The notes: generated by a model not told the origin, from the sequence alone. 64,000 nucleotides of DNA from Promethearchaeota archaeon Loki_b31 (GCA_005222975.1 NJBI01000007.1:23752-87751), one strand, 5' to 3'. Shown: positions 30,460 through 40,470, counted from the first letter of the stretch. A program made the numbers and translations.

Positions 30460-30811
30460 TCTTTTGATTGAAATTATATCAACACCTATAGTTTCTTGAT
30501 CACATTTTGACTAGATTATACTATTATTAAATATTTAATTTATAACTTCATAGTAATTTATCACTTTATTCGCGTATTAATTCATCAAAATTAATTAATC
30601 AAAAACATATTTATATAAATTACAATAATGTTGAGTAAATGTTAAAATTTGTTCAATCTAACAATACTCATTTATTATACAAAAATGTACTGAATCTATT
30701 ATATTTTAATTCATTTTCAAACCAGTAAATCAAAAAAAGAAAAAAAAATTAAGAACTCTATTCTGCCAATGGTTAAATTAAATATTTTACGATACAAGTT
30801 ATTAAATGTTG

Positions 30812-31102
30812 TTAGTGTTCTAACCTCTTTATAATTTTGTAAGTTTTAAATTCGCGTACCGGCTCAGATTTCTCATTTATACTTTCTATTGGCACGCGTA
30901 CAAAATTTTCATCGTCAAAATCATCAATTTCAGCCTCATTATATTTAGCCATATTGTTAGCCATTTTAAGTTCTTTTAAAAGGAAATCTCGGACGGCACA
31001 CCTAATCAATTCTGAGCGGCTGGGATACAATCCATTTTCCCCTATTAATTTATTTATAGCACCTATATAACTTTCAGGTACATTAACGGTTACAATCTTC
31101 AT
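30812..31102 (-). CDS. ribbon-helix-helix (CopG-like) DNA-binding protein
   Basis: MKIVTVNVPESY..GLYPSRSELIRCAVRDFL. Confidence 0.9.
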   Translation of the reverse strand: MKIVTVNVPESYIGAINKLIGENGLYPSRSELIRCAVRDFLLKELKMANNMAKYNEAEIDDFDDENFVRVPIESINEKSEPVREFKTYKIIKRLEH

Positions 31103-31653
31103 CTAATCGCCTTAACCTAAATTTTTTTAGATTTTACTTTATATAATTATTTATTGCAAACTGATATATAAACATTGTTTTTTAGTGGGTTAATATATTT
31201 TCATAAATATTATTTTTACCTGATTATAGATTAAAGAGAAAATCACCACTAATCTCCCGTTTTAGGCGTAAATGTAGAAGAAAACTGATAATTCTCAATT
31301 TTAATACTTTTTATGAAAATATTTTTGAAAATTTTTTAAAGTATCTGAAAATTTTTTATAAAAATTAAAAGTAAGTAAAAATAAAAAATAGATAATTTTT
31401 AAATTTGAAAAAAAAATTACATATCTTTTTTTTCACAAGAATATTTGGAAATCATTAAACGATTCTAATGTATGCGCAAAATCTTAAAAAATTAATTGAA
31501 ATGCATGTATTTAATATAAAATCTCTAAAATTTAAAAAATTGTTTTCTAAAACATTAAATCTAAACCAAAAATTGGTTTTTAATTAAATTGTTACAGTGC
31601 TTTTCTATTTTTGAAAATTAGTGAAGCTAATTATTTTTAGTACAATACAAAAC

Positions 31654-32679
31654 TTAATACTCTTCTTCGAAACTAACAACATTAATTAACCTTTCGCGCC
31701 CCTTAGCCATACGAGTAATATTTTCTACTACTTCATTCCACCTTAATAGATCACTGAAAGGAGAGTATCCTCTATGCGGAGATAAGATAATGTTATCAAG
31801 TGAATGAAAAGGGAATTTATATGGGCGCTTAACACCGTTTTTATCCGGATTTGGATGATAATCGTACCAGACATCTATAGCTGCACCCGAAATTATTCTA
31901 TTTTTCAAAGCATTGTAAAGATCTTTTTGGTTAATAATGTCTCCTCTCGCAACATTGACAATCAGTCCATTTGGTCCTAATAAACTTATCTCTTTGGCTT
32001 TTATTAATCCAGATGTTAAAGAAGTTACTGGAACAGCTATTATTAAAATATCTATTTCTTTCAAAAATTCATAAAGTTGGTTATTTTTATATCTCTTTGC
32101 TAGAGTTGGTAAATCATCCTTTTGTTTATTCCAATTATTTCTTAAGATGTGGAACTTCACATCAAAACCCGAGAGAAATCGATGTACCTTCTGATTAATC
32201 GCACCATAACCTAAAAGTCCTACTTCCCTAAATCGTAGGGGAATTGACGACGCATCATCATCACCAGTCCGCCATCTTCCCTTTTTCATCCAATTATGAT
32301 GGGGGACTGTTTTATTCATAAGAGTTAAAAGTAAAGCAACAGCATGTTGAGCGACTAAATAGGAATTTCCATGACCATTAATCAGTGATATCTTTCTTGT
32401 TTTATTTAAGCCAATAAATAAATCTAAAAGATGGCTTACACCAGCACCGGGATTAATGAATACTTTTAGATTAGTTGCGTGATTTAAAATGCTTTTCGAA
32501 GGTCTCCATCCAATTAAAACTTCCGCATCTGGAACTATTTTTTCTAAATATTCTTCGGAAGTGTTTTCAGGAAATATAATCTTTACATTTGAAAGGTTTT
32601 TTAAATTCTCTGTTAAGTAATTTTGAACTTCTTCAGATACACTAGAAATAAAACAGACAGTGATATTATTTGCATTCAA
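31654..32679 (-). CDS. D-2-hydroxyacid dehydrogenase family protein
   Basis: GLLGYGAI, NVARG, AAIDVW, SPH. Confidence 0.92.
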   Translation of the reverse strand: MNANNITVCFISSVSEEVQNYLTENLKNLSNVKIIFPENTSEEYLEKIVPDAEVLIGWRPSKSILNHATNLKVFINPGAGVSHLLDLFIGLNKTRKISLINGHGNSYLVAQHAVALLLTLMNKTVPHHNWMKKGRWRTGDDDASSIPLRFREVGLLGYGAINQKVHRFLSGFDVKFHILRNNWNKQKDDLPTLAKRYKNNQLYEFLKEIDILIIAVPVTSLTSGLIKAKEISLLGPNGLIVNVARGDIINQKDLYNALKNRIISGAAIDVWYDYHPNPDKNGVKRPYKFPFHSLDNIILSPHRGYSPFSDLLRWNEVVENITRMAKGRERLINVVSFEEEY

Positions 32680-32814
32680 TTTATCTTCACATTAATCTTA
32701 AATTAATGATGTGCTATAACTACTAGTGAAATGACTATGTTTTAAATAAATTTTTATATTCATTTCGTTGATATATTTATAAAAGAATTTAATCAAAATA
32801 GGTAAGTTTAGAAA

Positions 32815-34239
32815 TTGTCTGAAACAAAATTGTTTGAAATCTTTATAAATAGCCTTAACTTCGATGTGAGCGAATATTTAGTCGAAGAACTCACAGAACT
32901 TCAAAAAAAAATCGTTGACGATGCAACATTCATTCTAAAAGAAAACATCGTAGGAGAAGTGAAATCATTTGGAGGTTCTGTTAAAAAAAATGAGGAAAAG
33001 TTCAAGGAATTAATGAAACAAGCTGAACTAGAACTAGAGAAAAATAAGTACAAAGATATTAAGAAGAATTTAAAGGATTATCTTAAAAAACTACCAGAAT
33101 TAATTATTAAAACCTGTATTACAATTATTCCAGTGAAAGAATTGCCATGGGGCGAAGTCGTTTTTCGAACTATTCCACGGATTACATTCGACGATAAAGT
33201 CCACCTCTTAGATAACGCAATTGCCTATTATGGTGAAATTAATTGTTTCATTGGTAGAACAACTATCTTTGGAAAGATGAAAGATCCTTCTAATGAACCA
33301 CTCTTTGCCCCTTTTATGGGAAATCTTGATTTAGGAGGATTTAAGTTAGAAGAGTCTCAAGATAAGCCTAAATCTCAAGTGTTTTCTTATGTAAACGCTA
33401 TAATTAATTCATTAGATTCCGCAATAACTAAAAGCCAATTAGTTAAGTATCACGAAGGATACCAAAGACACGGCGATCCGATTGCAGATGCACTAATGAA
33501 AGACGATGAATTGCTTAATTCCATGGGAAAAATTACTACTGCTTTAGAATCAGAAAGAAGTAAGTCAGACATCGCAGTATGCAGCATTGCTGTTCCTTTA
33601 CCCTCCGATAAAAGAAGTTTAATTATTACTACTGAAGAAGGTCAGGGAGATAGTCGATTTGGTAATTGTTTCGAAGCTTTGTTAAAATTTTCTGCTGCGT
33701 GTTGTCAAATGCCTTCACCACGCCAAGAAGCTCCGCCTCAAACAGGTTCTACTCCTGAACAAACAGGAGGACCGATTAGAACTCCTGGAGGCCAAGAATT
33801 AAAAGTTTGGACGGCAGAAGACCTCGCTAATGAAGCTCAAAAAAGGTTAGCGGCGCAACCAAATATCCCTTCCTGGTCAGAAGAAGAATTAACCAAATTT
33901 TCTGAAAGTCGCGGATCCGGAATTCCTGAAGGCATGGAAGTTTGGAAAGAAGATGAGTTGCTGGAGTTAGCCGAAAAAAGGCGAAGCGGAGGATTGAATA
34001 TACCTGAATGGCAACCCGATCAGGATATGACAGAATGTTCTAACTGTGGATATAGTTTGAGACCTGGTTGGGCGAAATGTCCTGTTTGCGATACTCCTGT
34101 TGGAGAAAAACCTACTGAAGAAGTTAAAGAGGAAACAGAGGAAACAGAAGAGCCAGAGGAATTATCTGATGAAAATCAAAACGAAGATAAAAATCAAGAA
34201 CCAGAGAGTAAGGAAGAAGAAGAAGATATTGATCTATAA
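32815..34239 (+). CDS. hypothetical protein with tandem W-x-x-[ED]-[ED]-L repeats, zinc ribbon and acidic tail
   Basis: WTAEDL, WSEEEL, WKEDEL; CSNCG..CPVC; Glu-rich C-terminus. Confidence 0.8.
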   Translation: MSETKLFEIFINSLNFDVSEYLVEELTELQKKIVDDATFILKENIVGEVKSFGGSVKKNEEKFKELMKQAELELEKNKYKDIKKNLKDYLKKLPELIIKTCITIIPVKELPWGEVVFRTIPRITFDDKVHLLDNAIAYYGEINCFIGRTTIFGKMKDPSNEPLFAPFMGNLDLGGFKLEESQDKPKSQVFSYVNAIINSLDSAITKSQLVKYHEGYQRHGDPIADALMKDDELLNSMGKITTALESERSKSDIAVCSIAVPLPSDKRSLIITTEEGQGDSRFGNCFEALLKFSAACCQMPSPRQEAPPQTGSTPEQTGGPIRTPGGQELKVWTAEDLANEAQKRLAAQPNIPSWSEEELTKFSESRGSGIPEGMEVWKEDELLELAEKRRSGGLNIPEWQPDQDMTECSNCGYSLRPGWAKCPVCDTPVGEKPTEEVKEETEETEEPEELSDENQNEDKNQEPESKEEEEDIDL

Positions 34240-34414
34240 ATATCTTTTTTAAATTTTATAAATTTGTATAAAATACTTTTTTTCTGTCTATTTATTAAGG
34301 GCTCAAAAGGATAAAGTTTATAAGAAAGTATATCCACCTAATTCCAAACTTTTTTTAAGCATTTTTTATTAACTTAATTAATTTAATCCTTAAATAAATG
34401 ATTAGGAAGATTTT

Positions 34415-35458
34415 TTGCTATCTAAAATATTTTTGTTAAAACGGAAAAATTCTCATGATCTAAACCGTTTCGATATTTATAGCTATCCAGAAGATATCGT
34501 GAAAAAAGGTAACAAAGATATCGTTTCAAAAATCATCTATGGTCACGATCACGGCTCTCTAATAGAACCTTGTAGTGAAAGCATTAAAAAATTAGATGAT
34601 TCTAATGTTATAAACAACAGTTCTAATCTGTTTGAAATTGGTAGCCCTATTCCGCAAATTATTGGCGACCAGAACATATATACTATTTGCATTAATTCAA
34701 AAATGCTAATTGGATTAATATTTGAAAAAGAAGATAACCCTTTTGATTACAAAGAAATTTTTGAAGATTTGTCAAATGAGTTATTAAATACGGAGAAAAG
34801 TTGCTCATTCGAAGATGAGATGGAAATTGAGAATTTTTTGATAACACTATTCATCGATATAAAAAGATACGGAGACGAAATTCTTGAAAAAGTTACAGAA
34901 ACTTCCTTCCGACCGGCAGGATTATTTACAAAAGTATTCCTATTTGGAATTGACGAAGTAGGAAAAAGTTCCTTAACAAGGAGGTTAAAAACCGGTCAAT
35001 TTAACGATAATTTTTTTACTCCAACAAGAAAGTTCAATATAGAATACCTTCAAAAAAAGGAAGGGGGGATGTCTTTGTGGGATATGCCTGGACAAGCTTT
35101 ATTCAGAAAAAAATGGCTAATTGGCCTACAAGACTCAAATATCATCGTTTACATGATAGATATAGCAAATCAATTACGATTTGAGGAGTCTAAAAAAGAA
35201 TTTTGGGACATTATAACGCGAAATGGTATAAAAGACATCCCACTCTTGATTTTAGGTAATAAAGTTGATTTAATTAATAACCTTAATCACGACAAGAAAG
35301 AACCGCTTGAGAGGACAAAGAAAGAAATTATTGAATTTTTTAAGTTTGATAAATTAGCTAATAGAAAGTGGGAATTTTTATTTACTTCTGTTAAAACTAA
35401 TTATAATATTGAAAAATTAATAAATTCAATTTTCACCTTAATTTCAACTATTAATTAA
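34415..35458 (+). CDS. Arf-like small GTPase with N-terminal putative longin/uDENN-like domain
   Basis: G1 GIDEVGKSS, G2 PTRKFN, G3 WDMPGQ, G4 NKVD, G5 TSVK; about 170-aa N-terminal alpha/beta domain (fold is inferred). Confidence 0.88.
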   Translation: MLSKIFLLKRKNSHDLNRFDIYSYPEDIVKKGNKDIVSKIIYGHDHGSLIEPCSESIKKLDDSNVINNSSNLFEIGSPIPQIIGDQNIYTICINSKMLIGLIFEKEDNPFDYKEIFEDLSNELLNTEKSCSFEDEMEIENFLITLFIDIKRYGDEILEKVTETSFRPAGLFTKVFLFGIDEVGKSSLTRRLKTGQFNDNFFTPTRKFNIEYLQKKEGGMSLWDMPGQALFRKKWLIGLQDSNIIVYMIDIANQLRFEESKKEFWDIITRNGIKDIPLLILGNKVDLINNLNHDKKEPLERTKKEIIEFFKFDKLANRKWEFLFTSVKTNYNIEKLINSIFTLISTIN

Positions 35459-35593
35459 TAGTACTAATATAATTAATCTAATTGTATCATCAATAAATTT
35501 ATAACTTAACCAAATAAATTTCTATTATATTAAATATATAAGATATTGTAATTTTAGATCTTAAATTATTGAATATATCGAGTAAGTAAAATT

Positions 35594-36190
35594 ATGTTCA
35601 AACGACTAAAAAAAGAGTTCCAAATTAATATTGAAGAAAAAGAGGGACAGTTATTTTTGGGCGAAAAAAATAAAGACATGCGCCTAGTAATGCTACGTCC
35701 AAACGAAATCATGGAATTCTGTGAATTCGCCGGATCAAATGCGGATGACATTCTAATTTGGACCGGAAAGACTTTAGGTAAAATATTTATAGGAAAGTTC
35801 TTCCATAATAAAGATTGGACCAACGAATTAATGGCTACTAAAAAAGAAGTAGTTTTTGGCACTCTTGAAGTATTGATGCTCATGGGATATGGTGGTTTAG
35901 CTTGTATGTTTAAAAAAGATCATGTTATTATAAACGCGTACGAATCTTTAGCCGTTCAAGAAAAAGAAAATATTATGGCGAAAAATTTGTGTCTACTTTA
36001 TCTCGGAATATTCAATGGCATTTTTGAAGAGTTAGGTATCGATGTCGATGGCAAAGAAGTAGAATGTGTTCTGACTGGGGGAAAAAAATGTTCTTTTAAA
36101 TTCGATATGCTCACAGAAGAAATAGAGGCCCGCTTAGTAGATGAAGATCTTTCTGATACGAAGGTATCAGACTTTTTAACCTCTCTGTAA
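35594..36190 (+). CDS. V4R-domain protein
   Basis: RLVML, GYG, CLLYLGIFNG, EVECVLTGGKKCSF signature. Confidence 0.85.
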   Translation: MFKRLKKEFQINIEEKEGQLFLGEKNKDMRLVMLRPNEIMEFCEFAGSNADDILIWTGKTLGKIFIGKFFHNKDWTNELMATKKEVVFGTLEVLMLMGYGGLACMFKKDHVIINAYESLAVQEKENIMAKNLCLLYLGIFNGIFEELGIDVDGKEVECVLTGGKKCSFKFDMLTEEIEARLVDEDLSDTKVSDFLTSL

Positions 36191-36410
36191 TAAAATAACT
36201 TTTTAACCTCAATTACTTTCCTTATTTGAAACGAATTAACTCACTAAATGGAATTTCACACTAATTTTTTGAAATTAATTAACCAATTTCTATTTTACAA
36301 TCTTCTAAATACCTTTAAATTCACTAAATTATTCTCTCAATAGAAAATATAAATTTTAAAATAATATCAAATATAATTCTAGATATCATTAGAATAAGTA
36401 ATAATTATTC

Positions 36411-36428
36411 AAAAAAAAAAAAAAAAAA
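36411..36428 (+). repeat. A18 homopolymer just upstream of cdhA
   Basis: 18 consecutive A ending 13 nt before the GTG at 36442. Confidence 0.9.
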
Positions 36429-36441
36429 CTTGCAAAAATAA

Positions 36442-38802
36442 GTGAAAAATATGAGTAGGAAAGGCGCAAAATTAAAGATTGATAGCTACTCAGGTCCATT
36501 CGGGCAAATCAAAGGATTTGAATTGACTACGGGCAGAGTATCTTACGGTGATGAGACAGAGTGGGAGCCAGAAGGCCCTCATATGAAGCCCCACATTCCC
36601 ACGCTTAGAAGCTGGTTCTTTAAACTTATGGAAAGGTATAAACCTTTTTATATGCCGATTTGCGACATGTGTTGCTTATGCACATTCGGTAAGTGTAATC
36701 TTTCCAAGGGCAGAACTGGTGCGTGCGGAATCAACATGGAAGGAGCATGTGCAAAGATTGTAGAAATTGCGTGCTGCATTGGCGCTAGTTGCCATTCTGC
36801 ACACGGAGACCATCTACTTCATTGGCTAAAAGAAAAGTTTGGTAACGTTCCTATAGATTTCGGGAACAATATCGCAATTGAAATGCCTATGACCCGATTA
36901 ATCGTCGGAATGAAGCCAGAAACTTTAGAAGACTTAGAAGAGGCTATGAAATGGGTTCAATTTAATATTACACATCTTCTAGCATCGGGACACACAGGTC
37001 AAGAAGCTTCTTACTTAGACTACGAAGCAAAATCTTTTCTAGCTGGTCTTTGCGACCATGTAGGAATGGAAATAAGTGATGCCGTTCAAATTGCTGCTTA
37101 TGGATTTCCCTGTGGAGACCCTGATGTCCCAATCGTCGAATTAGGCATGGGTACAATGGATTTCGAAAATAAGGCAACTATCTTGTTGATTGGGCACAAT
37201 GTAGCTCCAGGGATTGAATTAGTTGATTATCTGAGAGAAAAAGGTTTAGAAGATAAAGTGGATGTAGGAGCAATTTGTTGCACAGCGCTCGATTTAACAA
37301 GGTATTACAGTGGTGCAAAAATAGTCGGTTCGCTTTCCCGTCAGATGCATTACATCCGTTCGGGTTTAGCCGATGTTGTTGTTGTAGACGAACAATGCGT
37401 ACATCTTCGCGCTTTTGAGCAAGCAAAACTTGTTGGCGCTCCCTTCATTGCTACGAATGAAAAGATAATGGCAGGGTTACCGGACAGAACTGATGACCCC
37501 GCAGAAGAAATTATTGACGATTTAGTTAGTGGTAAAGCGGATGGCGTATTAATTTTAGACCCAATAAAGGCAGGAAAAGTTATTGCTGAAGTTGCAGTTA
37601 AAATAAAGCCTATAAGAAATGGTAGAAGCGCGGTTCCAGACGAAGACGGTTGTATAACTATGGCGATGAATTGCAATGGGTGCGGTAACTGTCAACGAAA
37701 TTGTCCCAACGATTTACCCATAGTAGAAGGCGTACGATTAGCTAAAGAAGGAGATTTTTCTGTATTAGCAGAGCAATGTTATGATGCATGCTTGGATTGT
37801 GGCCGATGCGAGGCTGACTGTATGAAAAACGTATCACCTCTCACTCTTATAATGTATGCTGGACGGGATAGAATCAGAAATGAGAAATACAATTGTCGAT
37901 CTGGGAGAGGACCGATTCAAGATACTGAAATCCGTAATGTTGGTGCTCCAATAGTGCTTGGTGAAATTCCCGGAATCGTTGCTATTATTGGTTGTGCAAA
38001 TTACGGTAAAGAAATTCAGGAATTGTATTTGCTTGCTGAAGAATTCTGTGTGAGGAACTATATAGTAGTTGTTTCTGGGTGTGCTGCGATGGACATAGGG
38101 CTCGTTAAAAACGAAGAAGGCCAAACTTTATATGACAGATTCCCAGGCGATTTCGATCGTGGCGGTCTAGTAAACGTAGGAAGTTGCGTTTCGAACCCTC
38201 ACATAACAGGAGCGACAGTTAAAGTAGCTAGTATATTCGCACGTCGTCCAATTAGAGGTAACTTTGAAGAAATTGCTGATTACGTCTTAAATAGAGTTGG
38301 AGCTGTCGGAGTAGCTTGGGGTGCAATGAGTCAGAAAGCCGCAAGTATTGCAAGTAGTGCTAATGGGATTGGAGTTCCCGCAATTGTTGGCCCTCACGCA
38401 GCGGAATATCGTCGTATGTATATAGGACGATCTGACGACGAAGATACTTGGAAAGTGTATAATGCAAGAGATGGTACTGGCGACCATTTAATTGGACCAG
38501 GACCAGAACATTTGCTCACACCAGCAGAAACCATAGAACAAGCAATTTGCTTAGTTGCAAAATTAGCGATACGACCCGCAGACAACTCAAAAGGAAGGAT
38601 GATTAAACTATCTCATTGGATTGACCTTGAACGAAAATACAAGGGCGTTCAATTTCCAAACGATTTAGAAAGATTCATTCGAGTTGAAGCTGACATTCCA
38701 ATTAGTATGAAAACAGAAATTCAAGAGTTTCTTAAGGCAAAAGGTTGGCAACCAAAAGAGATCATTGATCCTACCTTACTTAAGCGATTATGTAGAGAGT
38801 AA
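36442..38802 (+). CDS. cdhA: CO dehydrogenase/acetyl-CoA synthase complex subunit alpha (archaeal Ni-CODH)
   Basis: CDMCCLCTFGKC, GACG, GHN, ICCT, DEQC, two 4Fe-4S motifs (CNGCGNCQRNCP, CLDCGRCEADC), GRGPIQD, GSCVSN, WGAMSQKA, DPT. Confidence 0.97.
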   Translation: MKNMSRKGAKLKIDSYSGPFGQIKGFELTTGRVSYGDETEWEPEGPHMKPHIPTLRSWFFKLMERYKPFYMPICDMCCLCTFGKCNLSKGRTGACGINMEGACAKIVEIACCIGASCHSAHGDHLLHWLKEKFGNVPIDFGNNIAIEMPMTRLIVGMKPETLEDLEEAMKWVQFNITHLLASGHTGQEASYLDYEAKSFLAGLCDHVGMEISDAVQIAAYGFPCGDPDVPIVELGMGTMDFENKATILLIGHNVAPGIELVDYLREKGLEDKVDVGAICCTALDLTRYYSGAKIVGSLSRQMHYIRSGLADVVVVDEQCVHLRAFEQAKLVGAPFIATNEKIMAGLPDRTDDPAEEIIDDLVSGKADGVLILDPIKAGKVIAEVAVKIKPIRNGRSAVPDEDGCITMAMNCNGCGNCQRNCPNDLPIVEGVRLAKEGDFSVLAEQCYDACLDCGRCEADCMKNVSPLTLIMYAGRDRIRNEKYNCRSGRGPIQDTEIRNVGAPIVLGEIPGIVAIIGCANYGKEIQELYLLAEEFCVRNYIVVVSGCAAMDIGLVKNEEGQTLYDRFPGDFDRGGLVNVGSCVSNPHITGATVKVASIFARRPIRGNFEEIADYVLNRVGAVGVAWGAMSQKAASIASSANGIGVPAIVGPHAAEYRRMYIGRSDDEDTWKVYNARDGTGDHLIGPGPEHLLTPAETIEQAICLVAKLAIRPADNSKGRMIKLSHWIDLERKYKGVQFPNDLERFIRVEADIPISMKTEIQEFLKAKGWQPKEIIDPTLLKRLCRE

Positions 38803-38918
38803 TTGAATTTTTATTTTTTTTTATCTTTTTTTTAATTTATTAAAAATTTAGAACAAAGAATTTAAAATTACATATTAATTTTTATTGATTAATTAAATTA
38901 TATATCGAATCTAATTGA

Positions 38919-39164
38919 TTGATATCAGGCTTAAAAAATATGGTTGATAAACAGTTATTAAAACTTTCAAAATTATGCGAGCATTGGGCAAATCACAACG
39001 ATTCTCATAAAGAAAGTTTTGTAAAATGGCGAGACGTCGCAAAGGAAAAAAGTCTAACTTCAGTTGTGGAAAATTTAAACAACGCGATTGAAATGATGGA
39101 TAAATGCACCGAATACTTGCTTTCGGCAAAAGAGTTTATTCGCTTGAATGGCTTGAATGAATAA
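38919..39164 (+). CDS. small helical His-motif protein, possible metal-binding accessory factor
   Basis: KLCEHWANHNDSHKESF (H-x3-H-x3-H); directly downstream of cdhA; probable start ATG 38940. Confidence 0.65.
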   Translation: MISGLKNMVDKQLLKLSKLCEHWANHNDSHKESFVKWRDVAKEKSLTSVVENLNNAIEMMDKCTEYLLSAKEFIRLNGLNE

Positions 39165-39261
39165 AGAAAAGAATTTTAAATTTCTAAATTTTTTTGTTTT
39201 AACAAACTTAAGGAATTCGGTATTTAATCGTTAGAATTATTAGAATTAAAAAGAAAAATAA

Positions 39262-40470
39262 TTAAAGGAATAAATTAATTAGAGGTAATAGTTGTTGCTT
39301 GAAGTAATCGATTTTTTCGTAAAGAAGCTCGACATTTTCGGATAAGATCCATAAATAAACGGGGATGTTCAATTCTGAATATTCAAATAGTTTTTCTCCT
39401 CGAATAGTAAACCCATTTAGTGGAAAATCGAGTGTTATCGAAGGCTCTCTAATTAATCCAATTGAATTGTGGAAGTTTGAGAGAGTTTGCATAATTAAAG
39501 CGGTATTATTTAACAATGCCGTGTCAGTCTCTGAGTCTGTGAAGTTTCCAAAAATTAATCCATCCATGGAAATCAAACTTGCAGCTTTACCTTCAATTGT
39601 ATGGATGAAATCTTCGAGGATGTTTTCGATAATTTCAGATGTTTCGGAGACCTTTTTTAACGCCTCACTGAACATTTGCATTATCGTTTCTTTCTGAAAT
39701 ATTGTTGTATCGGAATAGCTAATAGGCATTTTCTCAAATTCCCCAGCAATGTGATTGAATTTAGATTTTATAGTAGATACGTTATTCTGCCATTCGAGCG
39801 AGGTGCGAACATCCTGATCGCTTTTTGAAAGTACAATTAAAATTGGGGGAGACTCATTTAATTGTTTTAAAGCTTTCAATACTTGACGGAAATAATTCGC
39901 AGATTCTGTAAATCGTTCAGTCTCTTGGGTGTCGACAACGTACAAAATTAAATCAGCCTCAGTAAAAAATAATTCAGGTTTATTAAAGTATAGTTTCTCT
40001 CTATACTGAACTTGACCACCTAAATCCCATGAGAGTATTGGATAACCGAAAAAATCTAATTTTACGCGTTTGACCCCCCTTGTTGGTAACAAAGCCTTAA
40101 TTATAGAATACTTATCCTGAAGCACTGCCAAAATACTGGTCTTCCCACCATTATCGAGTCCAATCATTAATAGCTTTTTATGAGTTCTTAACTTTTCACT
40201 AATCGCTTTCTCTAATACTTGAGCTATCTTGACCCATTTTGTAAGAATATTTATAGGAACTTCTTCTATCTTGGGAAGATTGTCTAATGGAACTTTGGCT
40301 AACGCTTCAATATTTATTATGTTATGTTCAATTAATTTTTCGCTAGAAATCTGATCAATCCCAATAAGACTATTTGGTTTGAATTTTAATGCTTCATCTA
40401 GTTCATTAATAATAACAGACCTTTTGAAGAAGTCTTTAATTACAACCTTTTTTGTCTCCTCTTCAGACAT
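39262..40470 (-). CDS. HhH + Arf/Rag-like small GTPase + roadblock fusion protein
   Basis: LIGIDQISSEKL HhH-like; GLDNGGKTS, PTRG, WDLGGQ, SKSD; C-terminal AASLISMDGLIFG roadblock motif. Confidence 0.88.
   Translation of the reverse strand: MSEEETKKVVIKDFFKRSVIINELDEALKFKPNSLIGIDQISSEKLIEHNIINIEALAKVPLDNLPKIEEVPINILTKWVKIAQVLEKAISEKLRTHKKLLMIGLDNGGKTSILAVLQDKYSIIKALLPTRGVKRVKLDFFGYPILSWDLGGQVQYREKLYFNKPELFFTEADLILYVVDTQETERFTESANYFRQVLKALKQLNESPPILIVLSKSDQDVRTSLEWQNNVSTIKSKFNHIAGEFEKMPISYSDTTIFQKETIMQMFSEALKKVSETSEIIENILEDFIHTIEGKAASLISMDGLIFGNFTDSETDTALLNNTALIMQTLSNFHNSIGLIREPSITLDFPLNGFTIRGEKLFEYSELNIPVYLWILSENVELLYEKIDYFKQQLLPLINLFL

Noticed and set aside
31103-31653. Replication origin in the long AT-rich gap
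   Set aside because: No orc1/cdc6 neighbour and no ORB-like G-string repeats.
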